From: Bugula neritina
Lineage: Eukaryota; Animalia; Bryozoa
Reading direction: 5' to 3'
Assembly: GCA_964035545.1 (NCBI GenBank)
Contig: OZ037765.1
Coordinates: 17,174,995-17,238,994, forward strand
Length of the DNA stretch: 64,000 bases
This document shows positions 1 through 12,992 of the stretch, one piece after another. The notes under the pieces are model-generated. The model worked only from the letters and a program-made list of their open reading frames with translations. It ran no database searches and was not told the origin of the DNA. Position 1 is the first letter of the stretch, and each line of letters begins with the position of its first letter. Both the position numbers and the translations under genes were made by a program.

Positions 1-512
1 AACTGAGCGCAAGAGTCAATGCCATTCAATATACTGACTTCTGCTCAAGTATTTTATATTTTAAGGTGACAAATATACACAGGAAATTAATAAATAATAT
101 GTTTAAATTATACAGCCTGTCAATCCTTTTGTTAAAAGAGTTACACCAAAAGTAAACATATTATATATGGAGGCCTTAAAAATCAAAAAGAATTCTTTAG
201 CAATGCTCTATTTATAATGATAACAAAATTTCCAAATATTCTCAACACTTAAATTACATACGATAACTAACTTAAATATCAAAATTATTACTCTCCTAGC
301 CTTAGGGCTTGATAAAATGATGCAATGATCAAGGAGAACATAATTGCTACGTCATGGCAATCAAGTTCAGATTTCTTAGAGATCCAGAACTTTAGAATAT
401 AAACCTAGTATGCATATTTATATAGTAAATCATACATAAAATAATTTTTTTCAAGTTGATCTCAATAACTGTTTTTTATGTTGTTTTGATATAATGTATA
501 CAGAATAACAAA

Positions 513-3500
513 TTATTTTAATTCGGAGTCAAACGCTATAACTTTCACGACAAAGACCACCACTGCTGCGGCTACAGAAAAGAAAATTAACAGGTTGAAA
601 GATGCATATAACTTTATTGTATACCTGCAGTCAGTAAAGTTTGCATAAAATATAAAGCTTTAGTCTAAAGTAATATATAACATTGTTCTACATTTTCACA
701 ATGTTCATGAACTTGAAACTTAAAAAATGTACTCCCTAAATGGTCAAAAGCCAGTTGGATCAAATATGTACTAATTTTCCGCACTTTGCCAGCATAAAAT
801 TTACCTGAACTTTAAACGCAACACTGGTCTATATTATAGTCTATAAGCATGCACCACACACCCTTCAATAGCATATTAAGCATTACGATAATAATATATT
901 ATACTTAGAACAAGCTAAATATTATATTTCAAACTATAGAGTAGAGCAAATAGAAAGTACCTACTACATCATAGTCACCGGGAGTCAAGAAGTAATCCCG
1001 CTCCACATCAATGATACCTCCACTAGCAAGATGGATATGTTCAACATACTGATCAATCAGAGATGGTATATCAAATTGAGGAGACAACTTCTGAACTATT
1101 TTAATAATACATTGTGCTGGATCCTTTCCATATCTAAATGCATTTTTATATAAGTTCAAAGGACACAAACACTGCCTGACATAAGATTTATATGTTATTT
1201 TTTTGTTAACTGTGAGTAGATATATCATCATACCTAACATAATTTATACATTATATATACAATGCATACAATGCAATTCTGATTAGCAGCTGATTGCAAC
1301 ACAAAATAGTTTCTATTTCTTGTAAAATCAAAAAGTTAAAGATATGAAATCAAGAACAGCCACAGTCTAAAATTCATCATAAGTAATATATGTAAATATC
1401 TTGATTAAAGACTTACTTCACAAGGTCTTCAGCTGCTTCCAGTATGTATTCATCTGGCCCGCTGTTTATCTTCTGAAGAAACTCCCTGAACAGTGCCATA
1501 TTGCAATACTCTTGTACATACTGTAACAATATCAACAATGATAATATTCGATTTACATGTCTTCTTACATGAATAATGCATAAGTGACGGGCAAATTCTT
1601 TCTTAGATCTATTATTATAATACAAATATACATAATAGGCCCTATATAAAAATAAATTATTTTTCTCAAGTCGATTGGTTAAAAATTGACAGCTTACGGT
1701 TCTCATGATGGGTAACATATCTAATGCTATTGTGATAAAGTAAGAACTACTCAAGAACCAGTCCTATAAGCTACAAGCATTACACAACACTTGCAATGGC
1801 TTCAATATGCTACTTTTTTGTTAAACTAATTTTCTACTGCAATTTTATGTGACAGTTGCTTCAAACAGAAAACATGTAGTAGTGCAGCCCTTTGATTTTC
1901 ATCTGTCAGATTAATGCATTTTGGAAAAATTACTGCAGGTAGGTGCTATGAGTCCAGCTTGCCATATGCTATAGCTTATAAGTTTTAAAATTAATAATAT
2001 AGACAATAAATTTACAGGAAATACATTTTAAACATTACTTCTTGTATAGTGTCGAACTCCGGTGTTGTAATGATCCTCATTGGAGAGTTATCATCTATTG
2101 TCCAATACTTAAGGAAAGGCTCCACAAGTTCAGACTTGTTAACATTCACAAGTGCTAAAATTATTATTTGAGAAAAAATTCATTTTTGTACAAAGTACTA
2201 TATTTAAAATTATTAAAACCCTAGCTTAGTCTATAGAAGCATAAACGTTAACTGAATGACAAAAAGTGCACACAGGATGTATTTGTACACATAAAACCAA
2301 TTTAGACAAAATACTTTTAGTGACAAAATATTAAAGTTATGTAGTATTACCACACCACTGAATGCATCCGGCTTGACTTGGAAGCTGTCTGAGTCGCCAT
2401 TATAGCAATATCTGAATTTGAGTTTATCTCTATATTGGTTGGCAAAGTCTTGAGCTACTCTACCCACACCACAAATAGCATATACTTTGTCTTCCACGCA
2501 ATCAGCAAACCGATGTATTAGCCTACAAGAAATTAGGGACAAGTAGCTTATCATTATTGCTCATCATAAAATGACAATAGGTTAAGAAATACTGTTTGGT
2601 TATCAAAACATTAGCTTAGAGTTAAGCAATCTTAGATTTTTTGCCAATTTCTGGACGACGTTATCAAAAAGTTATAAGAAAATCAAGACTTGTGACTCCT
2701 AGAGTCATTTGAGCTTCCTGGCTTGAGTTTACACACCTTTTAAATATGTTTTAGTAAAAATAAAAAAATTTATTATTGCAAAGGTGTGGGTCACAGTACT
2801 CTGTTCTGTGCTGATGAGAGGAAAAATTCCGAAACAGCTGCTGTCCACAGATTGAGGTATAAAAAAACTCACTCACGCAAGTTTATAGTCGCCATTCCTG
2901 TGCGAAGTCTATGATGGAAAGTATTTTTTGTTAAATTGGGCCAAAGACTTATTCAGAAGGGGCACAATTATGACGATGCTCTTCCTAACATCACCAATGG
3001 CCTTTGTTGAGGTTTAAACCCATGACTTCCTGCTTACTAGGCAAACGCTCTAACCCTTATACCAGGGCTGCTCTGGTGTGTTTGCAGTACGTACTAACAC
3101 AATTAACTTGGACTAGTAGCACAAATGATATATATGAAGCTTTCACTTCACATTCTCAAAACTTATGACCAATTGCGGTTTCTGGTGCATAAGTAGAGTC
3201 TGATGCTCATTTACCACTGAATAAACTAGAGAGGCTCACGAGTTGGATTTCATCTTTATTTCTAACGTATAACCTGGAATCAATCAGCAACTAATGGTTT
3301 ACCAACCTTTACCAACCTTGTGGGTCTATGCCTAGTAGAATACTGATTACTTATTGTATTTGTCATCTGCTTGCTGCAGTAAATATCTTAAAATAAAGGC
3401 TATTCTCTAATGCAACAGCTTAATAGCTAACAGTAGCCAGCTATATAGCTTAGTCAAGCTGAGTCATTAGTAATAAGAACTAGTGGTGGAATGGGCACGA

Positions 3501-6500
3501 AACTCAGCACAGACGAAGGGCAGTCCCCAAGCCCAGTCTAGTGCAAGAAAAACTTTACATTATACTCACGAACAATGATCTTCTAATACAGTTTTAAGAG
3601 TGTTTGGTGACAGAAAATCGCTGACATTTCCAATTTTAGCTGGAATGTCAGTAGAAGCTTTTTTGCTAACCCAAGAATCTAGGAAAGCTGAATACACCAT
3701 ATAAGCATAGGGCTCAGCAGCTCCATGAGTTCTATAAATGTCTATAACACCGTCAAAATCTGTAAAATAAACATGAATAGACTCAACACATATTTTGGTG
3801 AGCTTCAAACAAAGTGCCACTGAGTAATGCTGTATGTACCATGTTTATGCTCATTAATAGGCTAGAATTTATTCATTATATATGCAGTATCTGTTTGATA
3901 CAGTATCACATGTATCTTGTGCGAAAAAGCATTTTTACCTGAAATAATATAGTAGAAACTTGTTCATATATAATGATAAAAGACCATATACATTAAGCAA
4001 AACTAACACAAGCACATTTAACCCACAACTCGTGTTTGAATAAATGGCCCAACACGTTGAAAAAAAGCAAGTAGCAACCCAAAAGCTGCTCAATCATACA
4101 AATATTGAGGGATAACATTAGTCATCAGTCTTATTGCATCTGCATAATTACCGTGAAAAGCAGCCAAGGCAATTTTTTTTGTTCCAGTCAATTTTGATAT
4201 AGTTTAATATGTAACCCTTTATATAACTGCTGCACTGGCCTATTCAACAGAAATGATTCATTTTTTTTCTTAAACCAAACATATGTGAAATATTTTTCCT
4301 AACTTCACTCAGTTAAATTTTGTGAGTTAGTTTTATAAAACCTTGAACCCTCTCAGCCTTGTCATATCACAATGTTTTGTGTTCCCTATTTTTTTTTGAA
4401 TTCACAAAAAGTCTAAAACCAAGTTTTTGATGAGTTGTAAAAAAGTTTTGTAGTATTTTTATAATCTACATCAACATCTGCAACAACTACAGTGATGTGT
4501 TCTCCTCTCTTATGATGGTTGATAAACTTCTAATTATTAATTAGATGACCAAATATGACCCATAATTGTGAAACCATGCACTCTAAGGCATGTTATATTA
4601 GCTAAAATATAGAGTTAATAAACTACCAGCACTGGTATCTTTCTCCAAATAAATGCTGTTACGATCCATGCATATTTTTACACCTTCTTTGTAGATCTCT
4701 GAAATTCCACATCTACTAGTCTGTCTTCTCAGACGTTCTCTCCTGTCTAAGTTCCTGCATGTGTGGTAGTAATTGGAAAACTGTAAGTTTGTTATGTTTG
4801 TCCTAATTTTTTGAGTAAATTATCATTTCCTGCTTAAAATAAGTTTGAAAATTTTTAGAGTGCACTATGGTGACATTAAGCCAGCCACCAAATCAGCAAT
4901 TTAGCATACAAATCTTCTACTATTATAATGCTATGCTAGTCAACCATCTGTATAAGCAACAGTTTCACACAGGAATTGAAACAAAACTGTACCGAGAAAT
5001 AAAGAAAAATATTTATTAATTGATAATGTGAAGTTAAAACCACTTTATGAAGTAAATGCTTTTTCAGAGGTTGATGGAATCTTTTACACGCAAGATAAAC
5101 TACTGGTCCATTATTTTCTAAACCATGATTTATATAATATTATTTAATTATATTGAAGACCGGCTGTGACCACCTAAACCCACCCACATAAGTATCATCG
5201 ATCCTAGTGGCCAGTACCTACTATTACTATAATTATATAGAAGACATACCATTGATAAGGTTTGGGTTGTAAGTTACTTCCTGTCCCTTTAGTGTCATCA
5301 AGGTTATGCTGAAAGAAAATGCACAGTACACACCATTAGGCTGTGCTGCTCTTAGCTATAATGCACGCAGCATACGGAACAAGATTATATAAACTTATAC
5401 TCCCATTTTCATACGCCTTCATATAATACTATGTAAACTTATTACGTTCAAGATTTAGCTGAGTTTATGACAACTTTGTCAAATATTATGTCAACAGCAT
5501 TAAATGAAAAGATAAAAAATCAAGTAGATAGCTTTTCAGCTTCAAAAAAGTAATCTGAACACATTAGGTTATTGATTTAGCATAATATTTTGGAAATTAG
5601 AGAAAAAAGTACCAGAAAATGTTTATTGTTTGGCTGTTGCTTGCAGCTGTTTTTGCAACTCAGACTCTGAGAGCTGGGCAACGCAATGCAACTGGCTATG
5701 CATTTCTCTAATGAATCTTTTTTTCCTGCATTTAAGAAGTAAAACTTAAAGAGATTACAAGAAAACATGTTAATATAGTACAAAGTTGACTATTATATAC
5801 ATTGCATATATTATATACAGTTCATATATTATATACATTGCATATATTATATACATTGAATACATTGAATACATTGGTAAAGTAGCATCTTATTTATTTA
5901 TCAAATAATGCCAAATAGAAAGTAAGATGTGTTTGCACTTAAATTCTTTTTTTTTGTTAATCTGATGTCTGTTGGTAAGCAGCACAGAACTTGAGTATAA
6001 AATACTATAACTTTGTTACAAAACTACTACTCAAAGTTATTACAATTTTTTTAAATCAAAAGACTTCTGAATAACCATGACATTCCTACAAATATCAGGT
6101 AATCATATAATGTAATTTTATTATGTCTGATGTAAAAATATAATTATACAGCTGCACTTAATAGACCATATTTTTATAAATATTATAATAAGAGCTGTCA
6201 GAAATACTATATTGATTGATTTTTTTTGTTGAGAAAAAAGTTTGCATATAGTAAAAGTAAAAGAGAATATATTTGTACATTAGTTAACAAAGCTGTTCTA
6301 AATTAATGGTGAAAAAATTCTGCTATACCACAGTAATGTTTGAACTAGCATCAGAGCCATAATAATATTAAATGTCATTTCTAACTATAAATAATTGATA
6401 ACAATTATATTATATCTTAATATAGTATAAGTTCTCTGGGCAATTCCCAGAGCAAAAGCTGTTTCTCTGGAAAAGCAATGATAACTTAAACTTAATCACC

Positions 6501-6578
6501 ATTGCTGTTAAAATCAAGCTACATACCTCCAACTCCTTGTATAGCGACCAGCACAGCACAAAGGAGCACTAGATTCAT
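513..6578 (-). CDS. Uncharacterised secreted, Cys-containing protein (~386 aa, 10 coding exons) with signal peptide and furin-type site
   Basis: Exons (minus) 6578-6527, 5725-5613, 5308-5250, 4754-4627, 3759-3570, 2522-2356, 2154-2039, 1520-1417, 1133-961, 571-513. All have GT/AG ends and compatible phases, and they sum to 1161 nt (ATG...TAA). N-terminus MNLVLLCAVLVAIQGVG is signal-peptide-like, followed by C-x3-C-x10-C-x3-C and RERLRR|Q. No family recognised; the terminal exon is less certain. Confidence 0.75.
2805..2851 (+). ncRNA. Type I (minimal) hammerhead ribozyme motif
   Basis: TCTGTG-CTGATGA-GAGGAAAAATTCC-GAAA-CAGCTGCTG-TC-CACAGA. Perfect 6-bp stem I (TCTGTG/CACAGA), intact CUGAUGA and GAAA core, G...C-closed imperfect stem II, stem III ACAG/CTGT, and a GUC cleavage triplet ending at 2845. 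Confidence 0.75.
2883..3074 (-). mobile_element. tRNA-headed SINE copy 1 (degenerate)
   Basis: Minus strand reads GAGCAGCCCTGGTATAAGGGTTAGAGCG...CCTAGTAAG...GTCATGGGTTTAAACC (A/B-box-like), then AAAGGCCATTGGTGATGTTAGGAAGAGCATC...CCATCATAGACTTCGCACAGGAATGGCGACTATAAA. The same blocks occur at 8855-9032 and 33374-33577. Confidence 0.65.
5791..5877. repeat. 18-bp minisatellite (TATTATATACATTGCATA) x~3.8 decaying into 9-mer TACATTGAA
   Basis: Tandem units visible at 5791, 5809, 5827 and 5845. Confidence 0.8.
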
Positions 6579-8854
6579 TGTTATGTTGGTAGCTGCTCCT
6601 ATAATTTCTTATGCATAATTCAAAAACAGAAGATTAAATATGATTATGGCATTGTTGCACTTCAAGTTATAGGCATGTGATTTCTGACTGTTACTTTATT
6701 ATATTTTATCAAAATTATAATAGTAGCTGAATAAAAAATTTAAATGACGATATTTGTAGAATATTGTTTATTTAGAATGCAGCTATGTGCTGGGTCACTC
6801 AATGCTAAACTCAAGCATTAATCCAAACTGTGGAATGGCTCTGGCTGTGATTGGCTAATCATAAAGGCCCCCATATGCAGTTCCCTTCTGTAATGGTGAG
6901 GAAATTTATATAAACTGAGGCCATCCTCAAATGTAATTTTTTTGGATAAATGTTGTCAAATTGGCCAGTGCACCGGGAAATTTAAAGAGAATAATGCCAA
7001 TAACTGGTCTCAAATAATTTCGATTAGGTTACCTTAAATCATAAGCTCCAAAGCCTGCAGGCCATTGTTACCAAAATGCAGGTTACTTTGAACTATAAAC
7101 TATGAGCACTTACTGTACAAGACTCCAATTTCCTAAAAGAATCATTATAGAAAAACAGTCATATATATGATCTACAAAAAACTGCGTTCAACTTTCTACC
7201 AGCTATAATATCCCTATTGCTCAAATATATCCTTATACTAGCTAGTGACTTCATTAAAAATAAGTAAAATATGAGAAACGTTTTATTTGCTTACTATACT
7301 TTATCCATCTAAATAAAGTAAATTTATTTATATCTCAGATACCACTGTATCCATTTTTAAAGTTAAAAGTTTATATTAAGCCGCATGTATGACATAAGGC
7401 AAAAAGGGCTTTTTATCTGGTGTCATACATACAGTTTAACTAACATTTTAACTTTTAGATATCATTCGGTGAGCTCTGAAGATGGATACAGTGGTATTCT
7501 GAGATATAAGTTTGTTTTGTTTATTCAGATAAATAAAGTAGACATATTATTAATTATATCTTCAGATAAATAAAATAGTAAACAGAAGAGTGCTTCTTGT
7601 TTATTTTTAATACCCAGCCTATACTGTAACATCTTGAAGCTAGTCAATGTGGACGTGGTAGCTGTTGGCATTAGTAACACTTGCTAAGACTTGCAAAAAT
7701 ACATTTTTAATGTAATCATTGGCTATATGTTTGTATATTTTCTATTATATTTCACTGCTATATGCTCTAAGGTCAACAACCTCAGATCTACAACTTCCCA
7801 GCAGCTGCAATCTAAATCATTGTAGGTAAACAAAAATAGACGTTTAGGTGCAATTCTCAAAGAAAGGAAATAAATACAGCTGCCAAGAAGTGACATTTGT
7901 TGATGAAAGAGTCTCTCTCGACAGTCAGCGAGCAGGGCTGCTCTTCTATTAAAAAATGAGGCAAATCAATATTTTGACTTTTTTTATCAATATCTGTTGA
8001 TTGTGGTTTTAAGATCGATAATAGATTGACTTAAATTGAAGCAGCATTTGAAGCCCACCATCAACGTTACTTGGCACTACCACTTCTTGAAACAGTAAGA
8101 TCTATCTATAGAATGCAAATTCAATCTTAATTTAATAGCTTCATAATATGATTATACTGACTGCTATTCTAGCCAAATTTGCTTCTATGTCCTTGATTTG
8201 GTCATTCTTTCTATTCGTCAAGCATTGTACAGAATTGGAGTAAAATTACATATAGCAATGTAATGTAGTAAAAACATACATACATAAAATAAAAATTTAG
8301 CCAATGATTACATTAAAAAATGTTATTTCCGCAAGTCTCAGCCTTTGGTTTAAGATGTTATATGATTTTCTGTAAGTTGTAATTTTAGTCAATATAGTAG
8401 CAGTTTTTGGAAAACTGAAGTGCATGCAGTAAATACTTCAACACAGATCTGAAAAATAAATCTGTGCTTATGATGACTATGTCTGGGTGTAGAATTAATT
8501 GTAAATTAATGAAATTTATTTTGGTTTTAATATATAACATCTATTTATGATAATTATATAACTCTGATGTAGTATGCTAGGCATTTACCTGGCTGAGACT
8601 GAACACTACTTAAAGTCAGCTCTTCTTTGTAGCTCATGACAGGTTCAGTAATTGGAAAAGATATTTTCAGGATCACAGTAAATTAGTTTGACTACATGCA
8701 CTTTTATTAATAGCTGGTTATTGGCTTACTGATTTTTCCTTTTTTAGTCATACGTCACTATACTTATTATTGCATCGTGATTTTTTTTGTATGGTTTTTA
8801 TTTTTTTTACAGTAAAACCTTCTCTTTGCATCCTATTGACAAACATATGTGAAT

Positions 8855-9032
8855 TTATAGTTGCTATCTCGGTGAGAACCTATGATGGAAAAGTGGGCTA
8901 GCCGCTAACGACTCTTTTCAATGTGACACAGGAGTAATTATGACTGACTAAATGCTCTTCCTATCACCACCGCCACTTTTTAGACCCGAAAACCGACCTA
9001 GTGTTTAGACCAGCACTCTAACAACTATACCC
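8855..9032 (-). mobile_element. tRNA-headed SINE copy 2 (degenerate)
   Basis: Shares TTATAGT.GC...GTG.GAA..TATGATGGAAA, AATTATGAC and ATGCTCTTCCTA, plus a CTCTAAC..TATACC head remnant, with the copy at 2883-3074. Confidence 0.55.
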
Positions 9033-9702
9033 TTTTTGTATGTCACTGTTCAGTAATTAGAATTTTAACAAACATTATATAATATCTTATGCCTAATGCT
9101 AAGAAAAAGGTGCTGACATATTCATTAGTAATAATAACAAGCAAACTCATCTCATTGAATATCTTTGTTCAAAACAACATAGAAATTGAATTAGCAGTTG
9201 TTTTTGCCTTGTCTGGTAAACTGTGTTGTCTCCCAGGCCTATAAAATCACGGGCCTTGATATATACTAAATAGAATATCATTATGACACATGACTATGTC
9301 CTATACACCCCTTGTCACCCAGCTACATCTCTTTACCTATTAACTGCCCGAAAGTTTATTGAAAATCTGTAATTAGTTACTCAAACATGTCTGTTTAGCT
9401 GTAGTAGACTTATGTCATAACTTACGTCTCAGTTGCCAACTAGTGAGTGTTTTGAAACCTAATTATTTGTCCCCTATGCAGTTTATATGTTTCAGCGTTA
9501 TTTACAGGGCAGCACTAATTCATCATATCATTTCAAGTATGCTACCAATTTGTTCACTTCATTAAATCAATGCTAATGAGAAAATTAGTTTACACCAGTA
9601 AAATGATATGGTACCTTGCAAATAGCTCATTGCCATTGAGAGCTAGCTGAAAAATCTGTGTATTGTCATTGGAATAGCTAAGAGGACACACGCAGTTCGC
9701 GA

Positions 9703-11133
9703 ATGGCGATTTTCAAAGAAAACTTCACAGATTTCACAAGTCAAGATTTCTTAATGGATTCAGACATCGTATATTCAATATCGACTTCTGAAGAGCTGCA
9801 GAATGTCAACTTAACTGATAGCTTACCGTTGATTTTTGATTCAAGAAAAGGCTATCGGAAGGTTCTTCTTGGCTACTTTTTACCACCTATCATCATCCTT
9901 ACTACTATACTCAACACGTTCATTGTGTATATACTAACTAGACCTAATATGAGGAGTAGCGTCAACATTATTCTGACTGCATTAGCAATATCAGATACTC
10001 TCACAGGATTAACTGCTCTTCCATATTACTTATACTTTTACTCCATGAAACAGGAACAAACCTTTGTACCTTACTCTTGGTGTTATATTCAAAAGCTCTG
10101 CTCTGGAATTTTACCAACTATATTTCACACAATATCAGTGTGGCTGACTTTCACGTTAGCTATTCAACGATACATATATCTTTGTCACTCTTTAAAAGCT
10201 AAGAGGCTATGTACAGTACGACGGATGTCAAGAGTAGTAGTCACTGTTGCTATTTTTAGTTTTATATTTCACAGTCCACGACTATTTGATTCAAGTTTTA
10301 TAAAAGTTTCTCTTTACTCAGCTGAAAACAACATTAAGGTGCAAACATGTGTAGAGGTTTTCCAAGAATGGTCGGAATATACAAAAAATGTTTTTTATCC
10401 AGTTTATTACTGGTTAAGGCTAACAACCATTCATCTTTTTCCTACTATAGGCCTGATCTTTCTTAATACAATTCTCATAGTTGTTATTCGATCAACTCAA
10501 CAACGGCGGCGGCGTTTGATTCTTCAAAACAGACACAGCGAGTGGCGAAGGGTTAAAGACACCAACTGCTCTACCATATTACTTGTGGTAGTAATTACTA
10601 CATTTATCATCGTTGAAGTGCCTATGGGTGTTTTTATGTTACTAACTGTTTTGCAAAACCAATATGATGTTAAAATAATGACTCTAAATGCAGATTTACA
10701 AGAGCTTGTAAGTACTGTATTTAACTTCATTGTACTCATGAGCTATCCTTTAAACTTTTGTATTTACGTATCTATGTCCAAGCAATTTCGTTCCCATTTT
10801 ATTAAGACAATATTTAGCAATAAGTTGAGGAATAATAACTCTGCAGAGAAAACCTTACAGACCATTTATTGCAAAAGTGGAGAAAAATCAAGTTCATCGG
10901 CAGAGTTGGCAAAGTCTGTGTTTACGGTAACATCTAGTCTTCATGATGCTCATGGCAGGAGACACTCTATGTCTGTGACATTCAGCTCTAACAGCTCATT
11001 GGGCGCCTCTTCAATTCTTACAAATAAGCAAAGAGCAGTTTCAGAATGTGGAGAAGACTTAGACAGAATTCAACAAGCCGGTTGCACATGTGGGTGTCCC
11101 CTGTGTCTCTCAGAATGTCAACATACAGTGTGA
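9703..11133 (+). CDS. SPR: Class A GPCR, sex peptide receptor / myoinhibitory peptide (MIP, allatostatin-B/Wamide) receptor-like; intronless CDS, 476 aa
   Basis: Seven hydrophobic segments. Motifs FHTISVWLTFTLAIQRYIYLCH (QRY in place of DRY), YYWLRLTTIHLFP, DTNCSTILLVVV..F..VEVP and SYPLNFCIYVSMSKQFR closely match recalled Drosophila SPR / MIP-receptor motifs. Confidence 0.9.
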   Translation: MAIFKENFTDFTSQDFLMDSDIVYSISTSEELQNVNLTDSLPLIFDSRKGYRKVLLGYFLPPIIILTTILNTFIVYILTRPNMRSSVNIILTALAISDTLTGLTALPYYLYFYSMKQEQTFVPYSWCYIQKLCSGILPTIFHTISVWLTFTLAIQRYIYLCHSLKAKRLCTVRRMSRVVVTVAIFSFIFHSPRLFDSSFIKVSLYSAENNIKVQTCVEVFQEWSEYTKNVFYPVYYWLRLTTIHLFPTIGLIFLNTILIVVIRSTQQRRRRLILQNRHSEWRRVKDTNCSTILLVVVITTFIIVEVPMGVFMLLTVLQNQYDVKIMTLNADLQELVSTVFNFIVLMSYPLNFCIYVSMSKQFRSHFIKTIFSNKLRNNNSAEKTLQTIYCKSGEKSSSSAELAKSVFTVTSSLHDAHGRRHSMSVTFSSNSSLGASSILTNKQRAVSECGEDLDRIQQAGCTCGCPLCLSECQHTV

Positions 11134-12992
11134 TTACACAGCTATGTCCTTAAGAAGACTCGTATCTGATAAATACCATACTTGTGTTGTTTTTAGAAAA
11201 TATAATATAATTTAAGATTTGTTTTCAAAATTTATTTTATTCCACTTTTTTAAAAATATAAGATTCACAATATTTATATATCTAGTTCTCTACTATCAAA
11301 GTAAAAAAATAATGCGTAAGCAATAAATGTGAGGTTACAATGCCGACAATCAGTCCACACTATTTTGAAGAGTGTTATTTTCCCAGTGCGACACAATAGT
11401 GGACAGTTATCTTGCGGTAGAAAATTTTTTCAGTATGGACTTTCATCTAGATCAGCATATAGACTAACATCCTGTATAACAGATATAAACTTTGAGCTAA
11501 ACTCTTACGGTACAGCTCAGTTACTATATATCAATACAGAAAGATGTAAAATGGGGGACTAGCATATCACTACACCATTCTGTCATCACTAAAGCTATAT
11601 CTGTGTAGTTCTTTCTCTTAGTTTCTTGTTGAGAAAAAAACTATTTTTACCACTTAGGTACAGCAGTGGAGAAATTTTAATTGCCTAAGTTTTTTAATTT
11701 TCCTAATAAATTTTGGTTTGAGACAAAGAATAAAATTCTTATAAAAGCATACTTTTTTTGCTGAATTTCTAACCTAAAACATAGGCATTTTTTCAATTTT
11801 TTCATTACTGTACCCATACTTCCTTTTTACTCAGCAAAACACATGTCGTTTTTCTAATAAAGTAGCGAGATATGAATCATTTGATTTATGACAGTTATTA
11901 TAGTGGTTAAAAGCTACATGCGCAGAAGGTTCAGAAAACCCTTGTCAATTCACTCTTTTATCTTTTAGTCTATTTTGTAAAACAATATTAAACTGCATTG
12001 TAATTCGATAAAGTAAATTGTTCAATACTGGTATTAGGAAGTATTATTCTAATTTAAATAGTGTTAAACAATGTAGCAGCATATTCTCATGTAATTAAAC
12101 AGAGCTATAGCACACTATTGCTGCTAAATACTTACAATAGTGTTCTGATGTCAGGTTTCAGCACACATGTAAGGTAATGGCTAATAATCAAATATAATCA
12201 GATTATTTTTTGAATATTTTGGATGCATTAAAAATGTTCAATAAATGATATTCACTACTGCTGCAGCTGTTAGATGCTGTAAATATGAACTGAGAGCAAT
12301 ATGTCTGTATACGCACTGCTATATGAAATGTTAGACAGTGTGAAGTGCACTGGTATATATGTGTGTAGTCAATGTAGGCCTGAAAGTTAGTAGCAAAGTT
12401 ATTTTGTTCAAATTAGTTTATTTTATTTAAAGATTCATCTGCAATCTATTAATTTACATAATATATGCATGTAGTTCACTTTAGTGAATAAGCTAACGGC
12501 TTATATAATTTAATGTTACTTCAATAAATTGATCAAAAGTTTAATAAAAATCAAGGATACTATTGCAAAAACATATAATGTTGACATTCACATTGTTATA
12601 AATTTATAATATAGTTGTTGCTTTTTAACATCCAGTATTTCATAATAATTTTGCTTTTTGGTGTGAATTTTCTTCAAGTGTGATATAATTAAAAAAGTTA
12701 TTTCTGCAGCATAGTTTGAACAATACACTCTAGTTATACAAATAATCATAATATTTCAATTAACAGTTAGATAATGCAGGGATCACTAGAGACATGTAAT
12801 GATAGAAATTGATCTAGCAGTAGCATAATCATGTGCACCCTTGGCTATTCATGAAAAGCATCAGCCATCCTTACATGACTATCACAGGAAGTAGGTGTGG
12901 CAATCTATGATATCAAATTTAAGCTTTAGAAATAAGTATAGAGTGTAAAGGATTGAGGGAAAGTCAGCGGATAGGCAAGCAGCAATGGGTAC

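Noticed and set aside
3240-3273. Exon-like segment (CCAG|...LYVRNKDEIQL|GTGAG) in the orphan gene
   Set aside because: It is 34 nt and ends in phase 0, while the next exon needs phase 2. The flanking exons join in frame without it. Unresolved without RNA data.
9703-11133. GPCR nested in an intron of TPD52
   Set aside because: TPD52 has its stop at 12993-12995, so the genes are convergent. Nesting in the orphan gene's 5'-UTR intron cannot be shown.
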